From Felis catus (Eukaryota), in the NCBI RefSeq assembly GCF_018350175.1, contig NC_058368.1, forward strand, positions 22,818,001-22,882,000: a DNA stretch of 64,000 bases, read 5' to 3'. A program made the translations under genes and the position numbers. Positions 40,069-53,075 of the stretch are shown piece by piece (position 1 is the first letter of the stretch; each line of letters opens with the position of its first letter). The notes below the pieces were generated by a model. That model did no database searches. It saw nothing but the letters and a program-made list of their open reading frames with translations, and was not told the origin of the DNA.

Positions 40069-40426
40069 GTGGAGCCCTACTTTAAAACAAACGAAATTGC
40101 AAACCACTTTTAAGTTAAGAGAAAAAAATGATATTCTTGTTCAGATCCTTGTCCCATTTTTCTGAATGGATTATTTTTTTTTTTTTTTTTCTACTAAGTA
40201 AACTGTATACCCAACATGGAGTTGAACTCACAACCCAGAGATTAAGAGTAGCATGCTCCACTGACTGAACCAGCCAGGTGCCCCTCATTAGTTTTAATCT
40301 TATATAAAGTGCAAGATGATAAACTGACATTTTCTTCCTACTCTATGTGTTCTTGCAGCCAAACTATTTAGTCAAATGTACCTTTTCCTTTAAAACTGTA
40401 GACTTCATATAATACTTTACTACTCT

Positions 40427-40658
40427 TTTTTTTTTATTTTTTTTTATTTATTTTTTTCAACGTTTATTTATTTTTGGGACAGAGAGACAGAGCATGAACG
40501 GGGGAGGGGCAGAGAGAGAGGGAGACACAGAATCGGAAACAGGCTCCAGGCTCCGAGCCATCAGCCCAGAGCCTGACGCGGGGCTCGAACTCACGGACCA
40601 CGAGATCGTGACCTGGCTGAAGTCGGACGCTTAACCGACTGCGCCACCCAGGCGCCCC
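40427..40658 (-). mobile_element. Young feline SINE
   Basis: CpG-rich; TSD tactactctttt. Confidence 0.95.
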
Positions 40659-43600
40659 TACTACTCTTTTAAGTGCACCCAATTTTTTCCCAGAAATTTA
40701 TGGAGGCTTTTATTTTTAATGGAGTCATTTTTTCATTTAAATTCTTGATCTAGTTGGAATTTGTTTTGTTTGGTATAAAGAATAAGTTAAAGTCCACCTT
40801 TTTTTTTTAATTGCTTCCCTGATGACCCATTAAGCATGTCTAAAATATTTGTATTTTTCTTACTGATTTAAAGTACTAATATTACATTTCCCCACGTGCA
40901 TGCCTATTTCTGGGCTCAAATTCACTCGTAACTAAAGAAATGCAAATTAAACAAGATACCACTTTTAACCTATTAATTTATGAAGGGTTTAAAAGTCTCA
41001 TAATAATCTGGCTTAGAGGAGGATGTGGGGAAATAAAGTACTACTTATAGGAACATGAATGGGAAACAAGGACAAATTTTTTTTAGAAGTAAAACTGCTA
41101 GGTTATACTATATGTATACATAGTATATACATAATATAGTATACAATATATATGTATTTAGCATGTGTATATATATTACACACATTAAATATAATCCACA
41201 TACACTATACATATATATACCATTTTATTCAAGACATTCACTAAAAATCTATTGGGATTTTTAGTGGAATAACATTAAACTTTTAGATTTGTCCCAGTAA
41301 AACTGCATGTCACATATTTAGGTATTCTTTTATGGCCTTCATTACAGTTTTGGGTCCTTTGTTTTCATCTAGATCTTGTTCTTTCCCTATTACATTTATT
41401 CCTAAGGTATTTTATACTATTTACTGTTTTAACCAGAATCTTTTTTCCATTACATCTTCCAGTTGATTAGTGCTGATACAGAATTATCTTATTTAATGAG
41501 AGTGACACCGGTTAATCAAAAAAGCTAAGGAATCATTTTTAAAGGATACATATGTATTTTAAAACATTTTACTTGAATTTTCAAAAATATATAACATATA
41601 TTCATTAAAAAATTCTCCTTACGTAGGGTCAAATTTCTTTTTTTAGGTAGAGTTTCAAGTTGTTTCTCTCCTATGAATCACATAAGCAATGCTTGTCTAT
41701 GATTTTCACTATGTATAGAAGCAGGAAGAGACCTCTGAGCAGTCCAGCTCCCTCAATTTACAGCCAAGTAGCCAAAATCTTAGGAAGGTCAAATGACTGC
41801 GTAACAAGCTTCTCTGTTCTTTGCCTGTCCTCTTTATATAACACTTTCACATTTCCCTATTCAAAATTTAAAAAAATTACAGATTTACATTCTATTGCCT
41901 ACATACACACTTCCGTACTTCGGTCATAAAGAACCTGCACTAGCATCTAATAGTCTTTTTCCTTCTAGTCTATCCATAGAGAAAAATTTTCAAAATATTT
42001 CTGAGATTTCCAGATATTTCAGAGAAATGGCCTGCAGGACTTGCTACTCCTTCAATTCTTAAGATCCGTGGTCTCTTACGTGTTTTTAGTCACAGTTTTA
42101 TTTGAGAATATCATCAAAGCCACGGACCTAGTCCTCGGGGGAATGAATTAAACAGTAGTTTTAGATATGTCAAGGTCTTCAGGTAGAGATCCCTTACACT
42201 AGACTACCAAAATAGCCTCAGCATTAAACCAAATTACCACATATATTTGGACTATATTAATCTACCAAACCAACATACAGTATGTTTCTCAGAACCACAA
42301 TTTGACATCAGGTGCTTTTCTTGAATTGAAATGAAGGCCAACGAGAATTGGCGTATGTTCTGCCACTAGAAAACAATCAGCAGTGGTCATTTAATTGTTC
42401 ATGGTAAAGATTCACAATGTAGTTCTGAGACAAAGCAAAAGAAAAGTTTCTCCCTCGACACACGGGAATGTTTTCCTTCATTAAATAGAAGCGACATAAT
42501 CCACTATGATTTCCTTTTCTCCCTTGCATCAAATGCAGCAACTTCCCTTAGCCTAGATTTTTCTAACATCATTTCATATTCTGCCCTTCCTACCCTTCTC
42601 TCTTCCTGCTAATACTTGCCTTTTATTCTTTTACTAACATGTTATCAATTTGTGTGTTAAAGATTTTTTTTTACCTTTTGCAAACACTGTAGTGTTCAAA
42701 ATGAATAATTTTTAGAATGAAAATGACGAATGCATACAATAATTTCACATATCTCATATTCAAACTTTGTAACTGTTCTATACGCTCTTTTTAAACTTTT
42801 AAAGTTTAGGTATAATTTACATATAATAAAACACTAAAATCTTAATGTTTATTTTCATCCGTTTTAAAATCAGCAGCAGCTTTAAATTCTTTTTGGAAGC
42901 AAGAAGGGTAATATATGAATAAATAGTTGATTCACTCATGAGCTGATCTGTGACAGGCTGGCAGGGGGAAAACAGAAAAGGGTAGGACTAAAAATCAGAA
43001 GACAAGACAAGACATTATAACAATCATACAGATAAGAGTAACAAGGTTAGCCCAGAAAGGTGGAAGTGAGTGATCTTGCAATAAAGCCCAGAAAATAGGC
43101 TTGATGAAAACAAAGAGAAAGTAAGAATGGCTGAGGAGCACACTTGACACACTATTTGTTTATAGTGGGTGTCTAATAAAGCTTTGTTTATTCTTTCAAC
43201 AAACATTATTATGAGCCTATTTTGAAACAAGTCAGATTTGTTGCCTCCTCAAAGTCACAGTTGTGGCAGAAATTTAGTCAAGAATTCAGAAGTTACCCAA
43301 ATCCTTACGCTTCTAATAGTTAACTACCAGAATACTCTCTCTCACCCCGAAGAAAAATTAGTTACAAAACTAACTGATTTATACCACTATTGTAGCGAAT
43401 CAAACATCTACTTTATAGGCTGGGTGGTTATTTAATTGGCTTCTTGATAAAATTAAAGTTTGAAAGTGATGACTTGCATAATGAGATTCACTACATCTCA
43501 AATAGGTGGCACATGTTATTTCTTCCCCGGAGAAAACCTCACACAAAAAACAAATTGATTCACAGACTTAACCTTCGGAAGTATACAAATCTCGTATTAA

Positions 43601-44278
43601 AATAACAGTTTGGCCTGAAGCTATCAAATACAAAGTACCTATTAAATACACTCAATTCTCTATATTTATTTAATTCCCTTTGCAAGGAGTTACTATGTAT
43701 TTATCAAATCTTAATCTAAAGAATTTTCAAGGTATCTAATTTCACTTTGGTTCCTTAGAAGTCAACATAAATATCTCAAAAAATCTAGCATTTGATGATC
43801 TTCCCTGAAGCAGACAGCCCCTCTGCTGTTGTTCTTTTTTCTGAACAGAAACACCTTTCAACAAAATTAAAGTTTACTGATATGATTCATTCATCAACAA
43901 ACATGTGAGTATCTACTAAGGGTCAAACACTATATAAAAATTAGAAATGCAAACATATACTAATATACTGATAACAAAAAGCTTAATTCACAAATAGTGA
44001 CCTATAAGCAAAATAACTCAAACAAGAAATGAACAGTTACGTGAATAAGACTTGTAAATAACATCAATACGTAGAAGAATATTCCAATATAGAATTAACA
44101 CAATTTTTAACTCTTTGAGTAAATGCCATATTCAAAATGAAAGCAGAAGTAAACAAGGTCAGGGCATATGACTGCTTATTATTTCACTATTTAATGATGA
44201 CTAAAGAGATAATCAAAGTAATAGATTACTAAGACACTATAACAGTAAAATTTTCTCCAATAAGACCACAAGCTTATT

Positions 44279-44497
44279 GGGTGCCTGGGTGGTTCAGTCG
44301 GTTAAGCATCATCTTGGTTTCAGCTGAGGTCATGATCTTACATCGTGAGATGGAGCCCTGCGCTGGGCTCTGTGCTGACAGTGTGGAGCCTGCTTGGGAT
44401 TCTGTCTCTCCCTCTCTCTCTCTCTCTGTCCCTCCCTTGCTTGCTCCCTCTCTCTCTCTCTCAAAATAAATAAATAAATGTTAAAAAAAAAAAAAAG
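44279..44497 (+). mobile_element. CanSINE
   Basis: gggtgcctgggtggttcagtcggttaag head, CT tract, A tail. Confidence 0.92.
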
Positions 44498-44915
44498 AAT
44501 ACAGCTTATCAACTACATATCTTGTTACTATTCACCTGCTTCTTATATGAACACACACAGGCTAACTCTTTTCCATATCAATGCAATACACAAAGAATTT
44601 AACCCTTTAAAGTTTAAATTTATCAATTATAAACAATACTCATTTTTTGGTGTCACTTTATTATAAATTTCCCAGTCAAAACAATAAAAAAAATAATACA
44701 ATTCAGGCAGGATTCATCAACAAACAAAAGTTGCTAAACTTAATTTTATAATTAAATGGGTATTAAAACATATTATTGCAACATATTACTCTCAAATTAG
44801 TTAAGTAATTCAGGAAGGAGAAACAAATCACTCATAAATTCCCTAAATTTTCAAAATTGATACTTGGAAAGAGTTTTGGCCCAAACTGAACCAAACTAGA
44901 AAATATCAACAGTCA

Positions 44916-45118
44916 GGGTACCTGGGTAGCTCAGTCAGTTAAGCGTCCTACTTTGGCTCACAGTCCCATGAGTTTGAGCCCTAACAGTAAGTTCGAGCCC
45001 AGCATAGCTCACTGCTGTCAGTGAAAAGCCTGATTCAGATTTTCTGTCCTCCTCTCTCTCTCCCTTCCCCAGCCCGTGCTAACGTAAATAATAAAAACAT
45101 TAAAAAAAAAAAAAAAAG
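44916..45118 (+). mobile_element. CanSINE with a duplicated B-box segment
   Basis: gggtacctgggtagctcagtcag head; agtttgagccc...agttcgagccc. Confidence 0.88.
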
Positions 45119-46079
45119 AAAATAGCAACAGTAAAACATAACTGGATCTTAGCCTTTTCTGAAAAATGGTAATTTAGAACAAAAAAAACAAGTATGTGTC
45201 CAAAGGTTGTGTGGTATCTTCGATCCTGAAGGAAATACCATCCATATTCAATGACCCCCATCCTGCACATACTTTATTCCTCCAATTTATTTGGACTTTA
45301 AAAAATGAGTATCCTTCAAATACAAATATATTCAGAAACAACTCATAGAAGCTTTTAAATGAAGACAAAATCTGAGCCATATTCCAATATAGTCAAAGTC
45401 ATATTAAGAGGGGTAAGGTGTGGGCTAAGGGTAAGGAAAATAAAATTATGAACCTAAAATTTAGCCAAGTAGTATAACTTTTATTCTCCAAAACTTACTT
45501 CAATCAATTTAAGGAAGAAAAAAAGTTCATTTAAAAAGATGTAATTTAGCTCTGTGTGTAAAAAAGATTAATACCACACCAAATGTGAACATCCTTGAAT
45601 GTATTCTTGAGGAAAGTGGTAATTTAAAAATTGAAAGTGTTCTAAAATATTAACTCAATTTTATGGGAAAGAGGAAAGAATGTTAGAAGATTCCTTCATC
45701 AAAAATAAAAGAGATTCAGGATTGGAGCCACTCACAATCACACCAATTAAATCTTGAGGAACAATTATGGCAAAGAGAAGCCAAGACTGGCAAAACCACC
45801 ACTGGGCAGTCAAGTCCTTTTTATCCCTAAAGATTAAATTTCTCCTAAACAGTTTTTTTAATGCTATATTAAGACACCACAAACAATTTAAATTTATAAA
45901 TATATACTCCTATACATTTCTTGAAAACAAAGTCACATTCCAAACACAAAAGCAATCAAATAAGAGAAAAACAGGTTTAATACTGATTTCTTTCTTAATT
46001 TTTACTACCAAATACAAGGAAATAAAATAAAGGAAAGAAAGAAAACTCTTTGTGAGGTGGCTAGCATCCCAGAAGGCAT

Positions 46080-46260
46080 TTCTGCATAAAAAGAGTTAAA
46101 GGGCAAAGGCTCAGCTAAACAGCCAGTGACCATTTGCAAACCTCCTAGGTATATTCCCAGCAGACACATTATCAGATTAAAGGAACTGCAAACAAACGGC
46201 TGAAACCTTTCTTTGTCCAAGCCCAGCCTCTTCTTCCTGTGATGTCATATTACAAATCTA
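46080..46260 (+). promoter_or_regulatory. Possible LPAR6 proximal promoter
   Basis: Repeat-free DNA with CATAAAAAG (46085-46093), an ETS-like CTTCCTG (46233-46239) abutting a CRE/ATF-like TGATGTCA (46240-46247); motif-level evidence only. Confidence 0.3.
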
Positions 46261-46970
46261 GCGAGCCTTTCTTTTCTACTTCAGAGAAAGCCCATCTCAC
46301 AATACATCTGGCAACGGAGGAAAGGCTTCAATTCAGCAAGAGCTAACACGCTTAGGAATTTATTTCGGAAACTTTAAAGACTCTTCTGCTTACTACCGTC
46401 TGGAATCCACTTCAGGAATACCAAAAAGGAAAACCTTATTTAAAAGGAGCAAGAAGTAAGTGAGACCAAACTGGGAATGTTTAAGTCTCTGAAACTCTGC
46501 ACTGAAAAGCAAAAAAGATTGCTAACTTTAGCTTAAATATTCTGGAGCATAAAGAAACAGTTCTGAAATATTCACTTTGCCTACTGAAATGCAAGTTTAC
46601 CAGAAGAGTAGTTTTATTCCTGTTTCAAAACACCGCTTTTCTTTAAATTTATAATCTAACAGGCTGGCTTCACTGACTACATTTCTTTTTAAAGTTGTTC
46701 GTGGGCTACCTAAACCCTGGATTCACGGATTTTCTGGAAATCAGAAAATGAGAGTATTTTCCTGTTGAAGAACCAAGTGGAAAATTTACAACAACGAATT
46801 TCATGTTTCCTGTCGAGATTTCGAAGAAAAAGGAAATATTTATAAAATCACCCAAAGATACAAGGAATTTGCAAATACTCCAGAGGTTATAAAGTGGTCA
46901 CAATCTGAATACCAAAGAAAACTGCAGCAGACCAAAGGATTTAACACTGTAAACTGGACGTGCCTTTATA

Positions 46971-48005
46971 ATGGTAAGCAATAACAGCTCCCAATGTTAC
47001 TATGATGACTCCTTTAAGTACACTTTGTATGGCTGCATGTTTAGTATGGTATTTGTGCTTGGGTTAATATCTAACTGTGTTGCCATATACATTTTCATCT
47101 GCACCCTCAAAGTGCGAAATGAAACTACAACATACATGATTAACTTGGCAATGTCAGACTTGCTTTTCGTTTTTACTTTACCCTTCAGGATTTTTTACTT
47201 TGCAACCCAGAATTGGCCGTTTGGAGATCAACTCTGTAAAATTTCAGTGATGCTATTCTATACCAACATGTATGGAAGCATTCTGTTCTTAACCTGTATT
47301 AGTGTCGATCGGTTTCTGGCAATCGTCTACCCATTTAAGTCAAAGACTCTAAGAACCAAACGAAATGCAAAAATCGTGTGTATTGCTGTGTGGCTAACTG
47401 TGATAGGAGGAAGTGCACCAGCAGTTTTTTTTCAGTCTACCCACTCTCAGGGTAACAATGCCTCAGAAGCCTGCTTTGAAAAATTTCCAGAAGCCACATG
47501 GAAAACGTATCTTTCAAGGATTGTAATTTTCATCGAAATAGTAGGATTTTTTATTCCTCTAATTTTAAATGTAACTTGTTCTAGTATGGTGCTAAGAACT
47601 TTAAATAAACCTGTTACATTAAGTAGAAGCAAAATAAACAAAACTAAAGTTTTAAAAATGATTTTTGTACATTTGGTCATATTCTGCTTCTGTTTCGTGC
47701 CTTACAACATCAATCTTATTTTATATTCTCTTATGAGAACACAAACATTTGTTAATTGCTCAGCAGTGACAGCAGTAAGGACTATGTACCCAATCACTCT
47801 CTGCATTGCTGTTTCAAACTGTTGCTTTGACCCTATAGTTTACTACTTCACATCGGACACGATTCAGAATTCAATAAAAATGAAAAACTGGTCTACTAGG
47901 AGAAGTGACTTTAGATTCTCTGAAGTTCACAGCACAGAGAACTTTATTCAACATAACCTACAGACCTTAAAAAGTAAGATATTTGACCATGAATCTACAA
48001 TATAA
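46971..48005 (+). CDS. LPAR6: Lysophosphatidic acid receptor 6 (P2Y5), single-exon class A GPCR nested antisense in RB1 intron 17
   Basis: 344-aa ORF with seven hydrophobic segments, NLAMSD, DRF, CFVPY and DPIVY motifs; sequence recognisable as LPAR6; location in RB1 intron 17 on the opposite strand is the known arrangement. Confidence 0.98.
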   Translation: MVSNNSSQCYYDDSFKYTLYGCMFSMVFVLGLISNCVAIYIFICTLKVRNETTTYMINLAMSDLLFVFTLPFRIFYFATQNWPFGDQLCKISVMLFYTNMYGSILFLTCISVDRFLAIVYPFKSKTLRTKRNAKIVCIAVWLTVIGGSAPAVFFQSTHSQGNNASEACFEKFPEATWKTYLSRIVIFIEIVGFFIPLILNVTCSSMVLRTLNKPVTLSRSKINKTKVLKMIFVHLVIFCFCFVPYNINLILYSLMRTQTFVNCSAVTAVRTMYPITLCIAVSNCCFDPIVYYFTSDTIQNSIKMKNWSTRRSDFRFSEVHSTENFIQHNLQTLKSKIFDHESTI

Positions 48006-48014
48006 GCTGCCTGA

Positions 48015-48173
48015 AATAAAACCGCTGGGACTTCACTGGGCACCTCTAAGTTCCTTCAACTGTGAAAAGTGTTTTCTTGGACAACTATTTCTCCGCCTTT
48101 GAAAGAAAATAAACATGTGGACATTTTAAAGTTATTAGTATAAAAAATTGTATTCAATGTGTTAACCATTAAA
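48015..48173 (+). terminator. LPAR6: Candidate LPAR6 polyadenylation signals
   Basis: AATAAA at 48015-48020 and 48108-48113, ATTAAA at 48168-48173, just after the stop codon; which is used cannot be told from sequence. Confidence 0.5.
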
Positions 48174-48987
48174 ATGTATTCTATTCTGTATACATACCAC
48201 TTTATTTTTCTGAGCCAGTTTGATCTGTTCCTTCCTCTTCATTAAAAAAATCCCTAAAAAAGTTGTTCAAAGTCTAAAAGTGACTATGATTTCAATCATG
48301 TGGTGACCATGTGCACTGTCTGAATTTCTTAGCAATTTTAAACTAAACGAAGTATAACATTAAATGTTTTAAAGTATTTAATATTTTTATTCAACATATA
48401 TCTAATTTCTATTTCAATTTGAAGTGAAATAACTAATCATGTTTCTTGAACTGTAACATAAATGAGAAAGGAGAGTAATTTGAAAGAGTGGGGAGTGTTT
48501 TTGAAAAAACAGCTAAAAATGTCTTCTGTAGACTAACAACACACTAACGCTATTTGGGGATCTCTAACAGTTACACTTTCAGATAATATTTAGGATTTTG
48601 TCTTTGTAGGAAATTCATAACAAGCATATGCTATCTCACTATATAGTATAGTATGCCTTCAAATTGTTATTTTGATCCATTCACTGGATATAATAGCACT
48701 CAATTTCAAAATAATATACACCACCAAAATTGAGAGGGAAGAAACTAACAAAATTGTTGTTTTGCTAAGTCCAGTAAGAAAATACTACTTGGAGGTACAT
48801 TTTAAAGGCATATTTATGTCATAATAAGTAACTTGTATATTAAGTATTTTAAGTCAGAAATACCACAGATAGTAAGATAGTGAAATACAAGACTCGGCAC
48901 TTAGAAAGCGATAAGTAAATATATTACTTCCCTTCCCTCTTGACCATTTAAAGCCAAATATTGAACAGATGAAAATATTATTTCCAG

Positions 48988-49092
48988 TAGGCAAAGTGTT
49001 ATTGTATGCCAATATAATTTATAAAGTAAAAACATAGATCCATAGGCAAAATGTTATTGTATGTCAATATAATTTATAAAGTAAAAATATAG
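48988..49092. repeat. Tandem duplication, 50-bp unit, period 55
   Basis: 48988-49037 vs 49043-49092, 3 mismatches. Confidence 0.92.
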
Positions 49093-52000
49093 TTCTTATG
49101 TAAAAAGCAGGAAAACTACAGGGCCAAATTACTCAGTACAACTACATTCCGTTTTCTTAAAGAAAAGGTATCGATTTGAGCTATAATTTAGATATTAAGC
49201 ACCAACTACACTAAAACTTTTTCATTTCCAAACATATTTTTTTCTTTCAAATTCAAGCAGTTCTCCAAAGTTAACTAAAAAAGAATACTTTTTATTTGAG
49301 AAAAATGCACATAATTAAATTCAGCATTCAGTCTACTTTTTACACCTAATCTTTCACATCCTGAATACAACTTTGGAAAAATACCCTTAAAATTTAAATT
49401 TGATTTTTGCTCTTCTCTGGGTTTGGGCTACAATGATTTCAGACAAATCATTGTCACTTGCTAAATAAGTAATCCATTTTCAATAAAATAACAATGGGAG
49501 ATTTTCTTTAGGTAGCCATGGTTTCCTTTAGATAAACCAAAAGCAAAACAAATCCTTAATGTCTTCAATTGGCCCTGTAGTACCTCTATTTGATATTACT
49601 CTTCAGAAAATAAATAGACCTAGTACTCTTGAAAAATAACTAGTGACTTAAAGATGTGGAAGAAAGGGCAGGGAGGTTGTAACAGATTTCTCAGAAATTT
49701 TCTTGGCTGAAAGGTCTTGTGGGCAAGACCTCAAAGCATGGCTATTAGTTTAAAATACAAGCAAAAGAATGATTAGGTATTTGTTGTTTCTGTGATTAAC
49801 CCTCTTGTCAAGGGAGAAATTTTTTGTAACCCTCTTGTCAAAGGAAAGATGAATCAAGGTTTTGTAGGATTTTTCGCAAAGTAATACCTAACAGATAAAA
49901 ATATTAGTTTTCTTATCAACAACTTCAAATCCTGGGTAAATCTCAACTACATGGAGAGAAAGCGTACTCAAGTTATCTTCCTTTTGTTAGCACTACACTT
50001 TCTGGTAAATTACATATTCCGAGAGTTTTCTCTTTTCCCTTTCTCCAAAAAACCTGTATTACTACAACTCTGAGAATTTTACTTTTTGTTACTCTAAGGT
50101 AACAGTGCCAAGCCCTTTCTCCCAAAGAACTGTACCCACTGTTTTCAACATCTCTATAAAAGAGTAGATGATTTAATCTTCTGTTCTACATTAATGCCCT
50201 TCAAAGGAACAGAAAATGAGAACATTTTTAAGGTGTAGAAAACAGCTCCCCAGGATCCTAATGATTCGTTCTAAACTCAGAAATGACCTTTCCAGAGAAA
50301 ATAACAACTAAATAACTAGTTTACCAAAAGAATGTACAAAAATATATACACAGTATACATAACATGTGTTCAAAATATTTAAAGAAACAGAAGACATTAC
50401 TTTATCAAGGAGTTTTGACTTTGTATTCTACACTCAAGATACTGAAAGTATCTTATATCTACACTTAAGATACTGAAAGTAAATTTAAGGTATAAATCTA
50501 AATTACAGATACTGGTATTTAAAGATTAATCACTCAGTTGAGGAATATAAAATGGAACATCAGCTAACTTCACATCCCCAACTGAGAAACATTTAATTCA
50601 TGACTCATATCTAGCTGGCAAAGTCTGAAGCAATTGTTTTTTGGTTCTATAATTTTGGATCCCCAATGAATGAACCAGATACTTGAGACTTCTGTCAATA
50701 TATTAAGTTACTATTGCCTAACAGAATCTTTACTACCTCCCAACACCCTAACTTTTTTAGTACTTCCATGTCAATCCAACCCCAGATGCAAGTAAGGGAA
50801 GATGTAACTTGGTGTTCTTAGTTGTGAATAAGTATATAGAAAACTTTATAAACAATGCTTAGTAGTAGATGAATCTTAAGGCAATCCTAAGATACAATGT
50901 TTTTTAAAAAGCCCTTTTGGGCTGGAAATCAAATTATCCACTTATAACATGATTTCCAAGTAAAAGGGACTAATGGACAAACTTAAGGACCCAAAGTGTA
51001 TTTGAAAAGACTAGAGTACTTAATGGTTGACAATATTACTTAATTAGCAACATTTTCTACAGATCAACATATACATCCTCCTACAATCACTAATTCTCAA
51101 ATACCTATTTAATCTTTCTCTTTAGCCTTTGTGCCTGATATCTACTACAAATTTTCTGACAGTCAATTTTATAAGAGTACAAAGAATCATCAGTTAAACA
51201 TGGCAATAGATCAGGATAATAAGAGTATGAAATTAAGTTCAGGCCAACTTCACCATTAAGCCTTCCTCTTTCCTCCTGCTCTCAAAAAAGATTTATTCCA
51301 ATAAATCTTTAAAAGGGTATAAAATAAACTCTCATCACAGCGATTTAAAGTGCTGAAAGTGGTCACAAAGTCAGAATCTACGACACAGGACCCCAAAAGT
51401 AGAGCTAATTCATGATTTTAATAATCATTTTCAAACTTAAACCTTGCCTTACTCATATAGAGTCAACTAATAATTTTTGAAAATGATTAAAATTTAAGTA
51501 AAGAGTTAGAAAGTGGAAAAATATGTGTTATATACTTAAAGCCAAGTTACAGTTAAAAGCCATAGGGCGATGGTGCTAGTTCTGTTACTTTCCCATCAGA
51601 ATGATTCCTGGTAAATTTGCAACTTAAAACTGAGAGAACCTGTAGGTCATTTGATACAACTACTTCACTTTAGGTTAAGGGAACTGAAGAATTAAAAGGT
51701 TAAGTAACTTGCATAAGGTCACATAAAGGTACACTAAGGATAAGAACTTGGATTTCCTGTTTGTTTTTGACTCATCTATTTCTTTAATGGTGGCAAGGGA
51801 AGTAGCACATGGAAAGGCCCTGTGGTCTGGTATACTGAAAGAACTAAAAATCAAAGTGGCTGTAGATATAGGGCTGAGACCTTACATGTACTTATAGGCC
51901 ATAATAAAATCTGAGGAAATGTGGAAAAAGCCCTGAAGGATTTCCCATTTAGGAGAGACAGGTTGATATGCATTTCAAAAAGATTCCTCTGATTAGAGGG

Positions 52001-52299
52001 TGGAGATGCATTTGTCTTCAACAAAAAGAAAAACAATCACAATAAGAGATCAATTTATTCGGTTTAAACTTAAAGAGTTGTTACCCTTTATTTTAATTAT
52101 GTTTTTTACCTTATTAATATGGTAAGAAATATTAAAATCATTTGAGATGATAGTGATGAAAGATGGGAAGAATATTTTAATGCCATCATTTTGCAAAATT
52201 AAATGAGCAGCCCTTGTGGAGAAACTGATACATATTCATACACTGTTCACGGGAATACAAAATGGTTTGATCTTTATGGATGGGAATGTGGTAATATCT

Positions 52300-52404
<105 letters not shown>

Positions 52405-52877
52405 TACCCTTTGAGGCAGCATTCTCACTTCTAGGTATTTACCCTGAAGACATAATTTCAATAATGTAAAAACATATATGTACAAAGTACAGCACTATTT
52501 GAAATTATAAATATTGGTAACTACTACAAGTCCAAGCATAGAAGACTAGTTGAATAAAACTGTAGCACATATACAATGTAGTACCATGCAGCTGTAATGA
52601 AGAATGAGAAAGAGCTCTATGAACTGATACGGAGAGATTTCCAGAAAGCATTACATGAAAAAAGTTGTAAAAGAATACACATGGCATGCTACCTGTGGTA
52701 TAAGAAAAAAGCAAAATAAGAGGGCATACATATATTTGCTTTATTTTTACAAAAAGAAACACAAGAAAGATAAACCAAAGAGCAAGGAGTAGGGGTGAGG
52801 AACAGCACAGACAGGATATTGAAAGCTATGACACTTAACTGAGTGTAAGACTTTGGGATGCATGCTAACATACATTA

Positions 52878-53075
52878 GGAATCAGAAACCCTTTTCTTCA
52901 AGGGTCAGATAGTAAAGATCTTAGGCCTGCAGGCTGTACAGTCCTGTTGCAACTTCTCAACTCTGCATTACTGCACAAAAGCAACCACAGACAATATGTA
53001 AGTGAATGAGTGTGGCTGTGTTCCAATAAAACTTTACAAAATGAAGTGGTTGCCTGTGGGCTGTATGTGCCACTT
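52878..53075 (+). mobile_element. MER58A-like hAT-Charlie fossil
   Basis: aagggtcagatagtaaa..gttgcaacttctcaactctgc..tgtggctgtgttccaataaaacttta. Confidence 0.85.

Noticed and set aside
47447..47680. 77-aa ORF antisense to LPAR6
   Set aside because: Shadow of the LPAR6 CDS; short and unsupported
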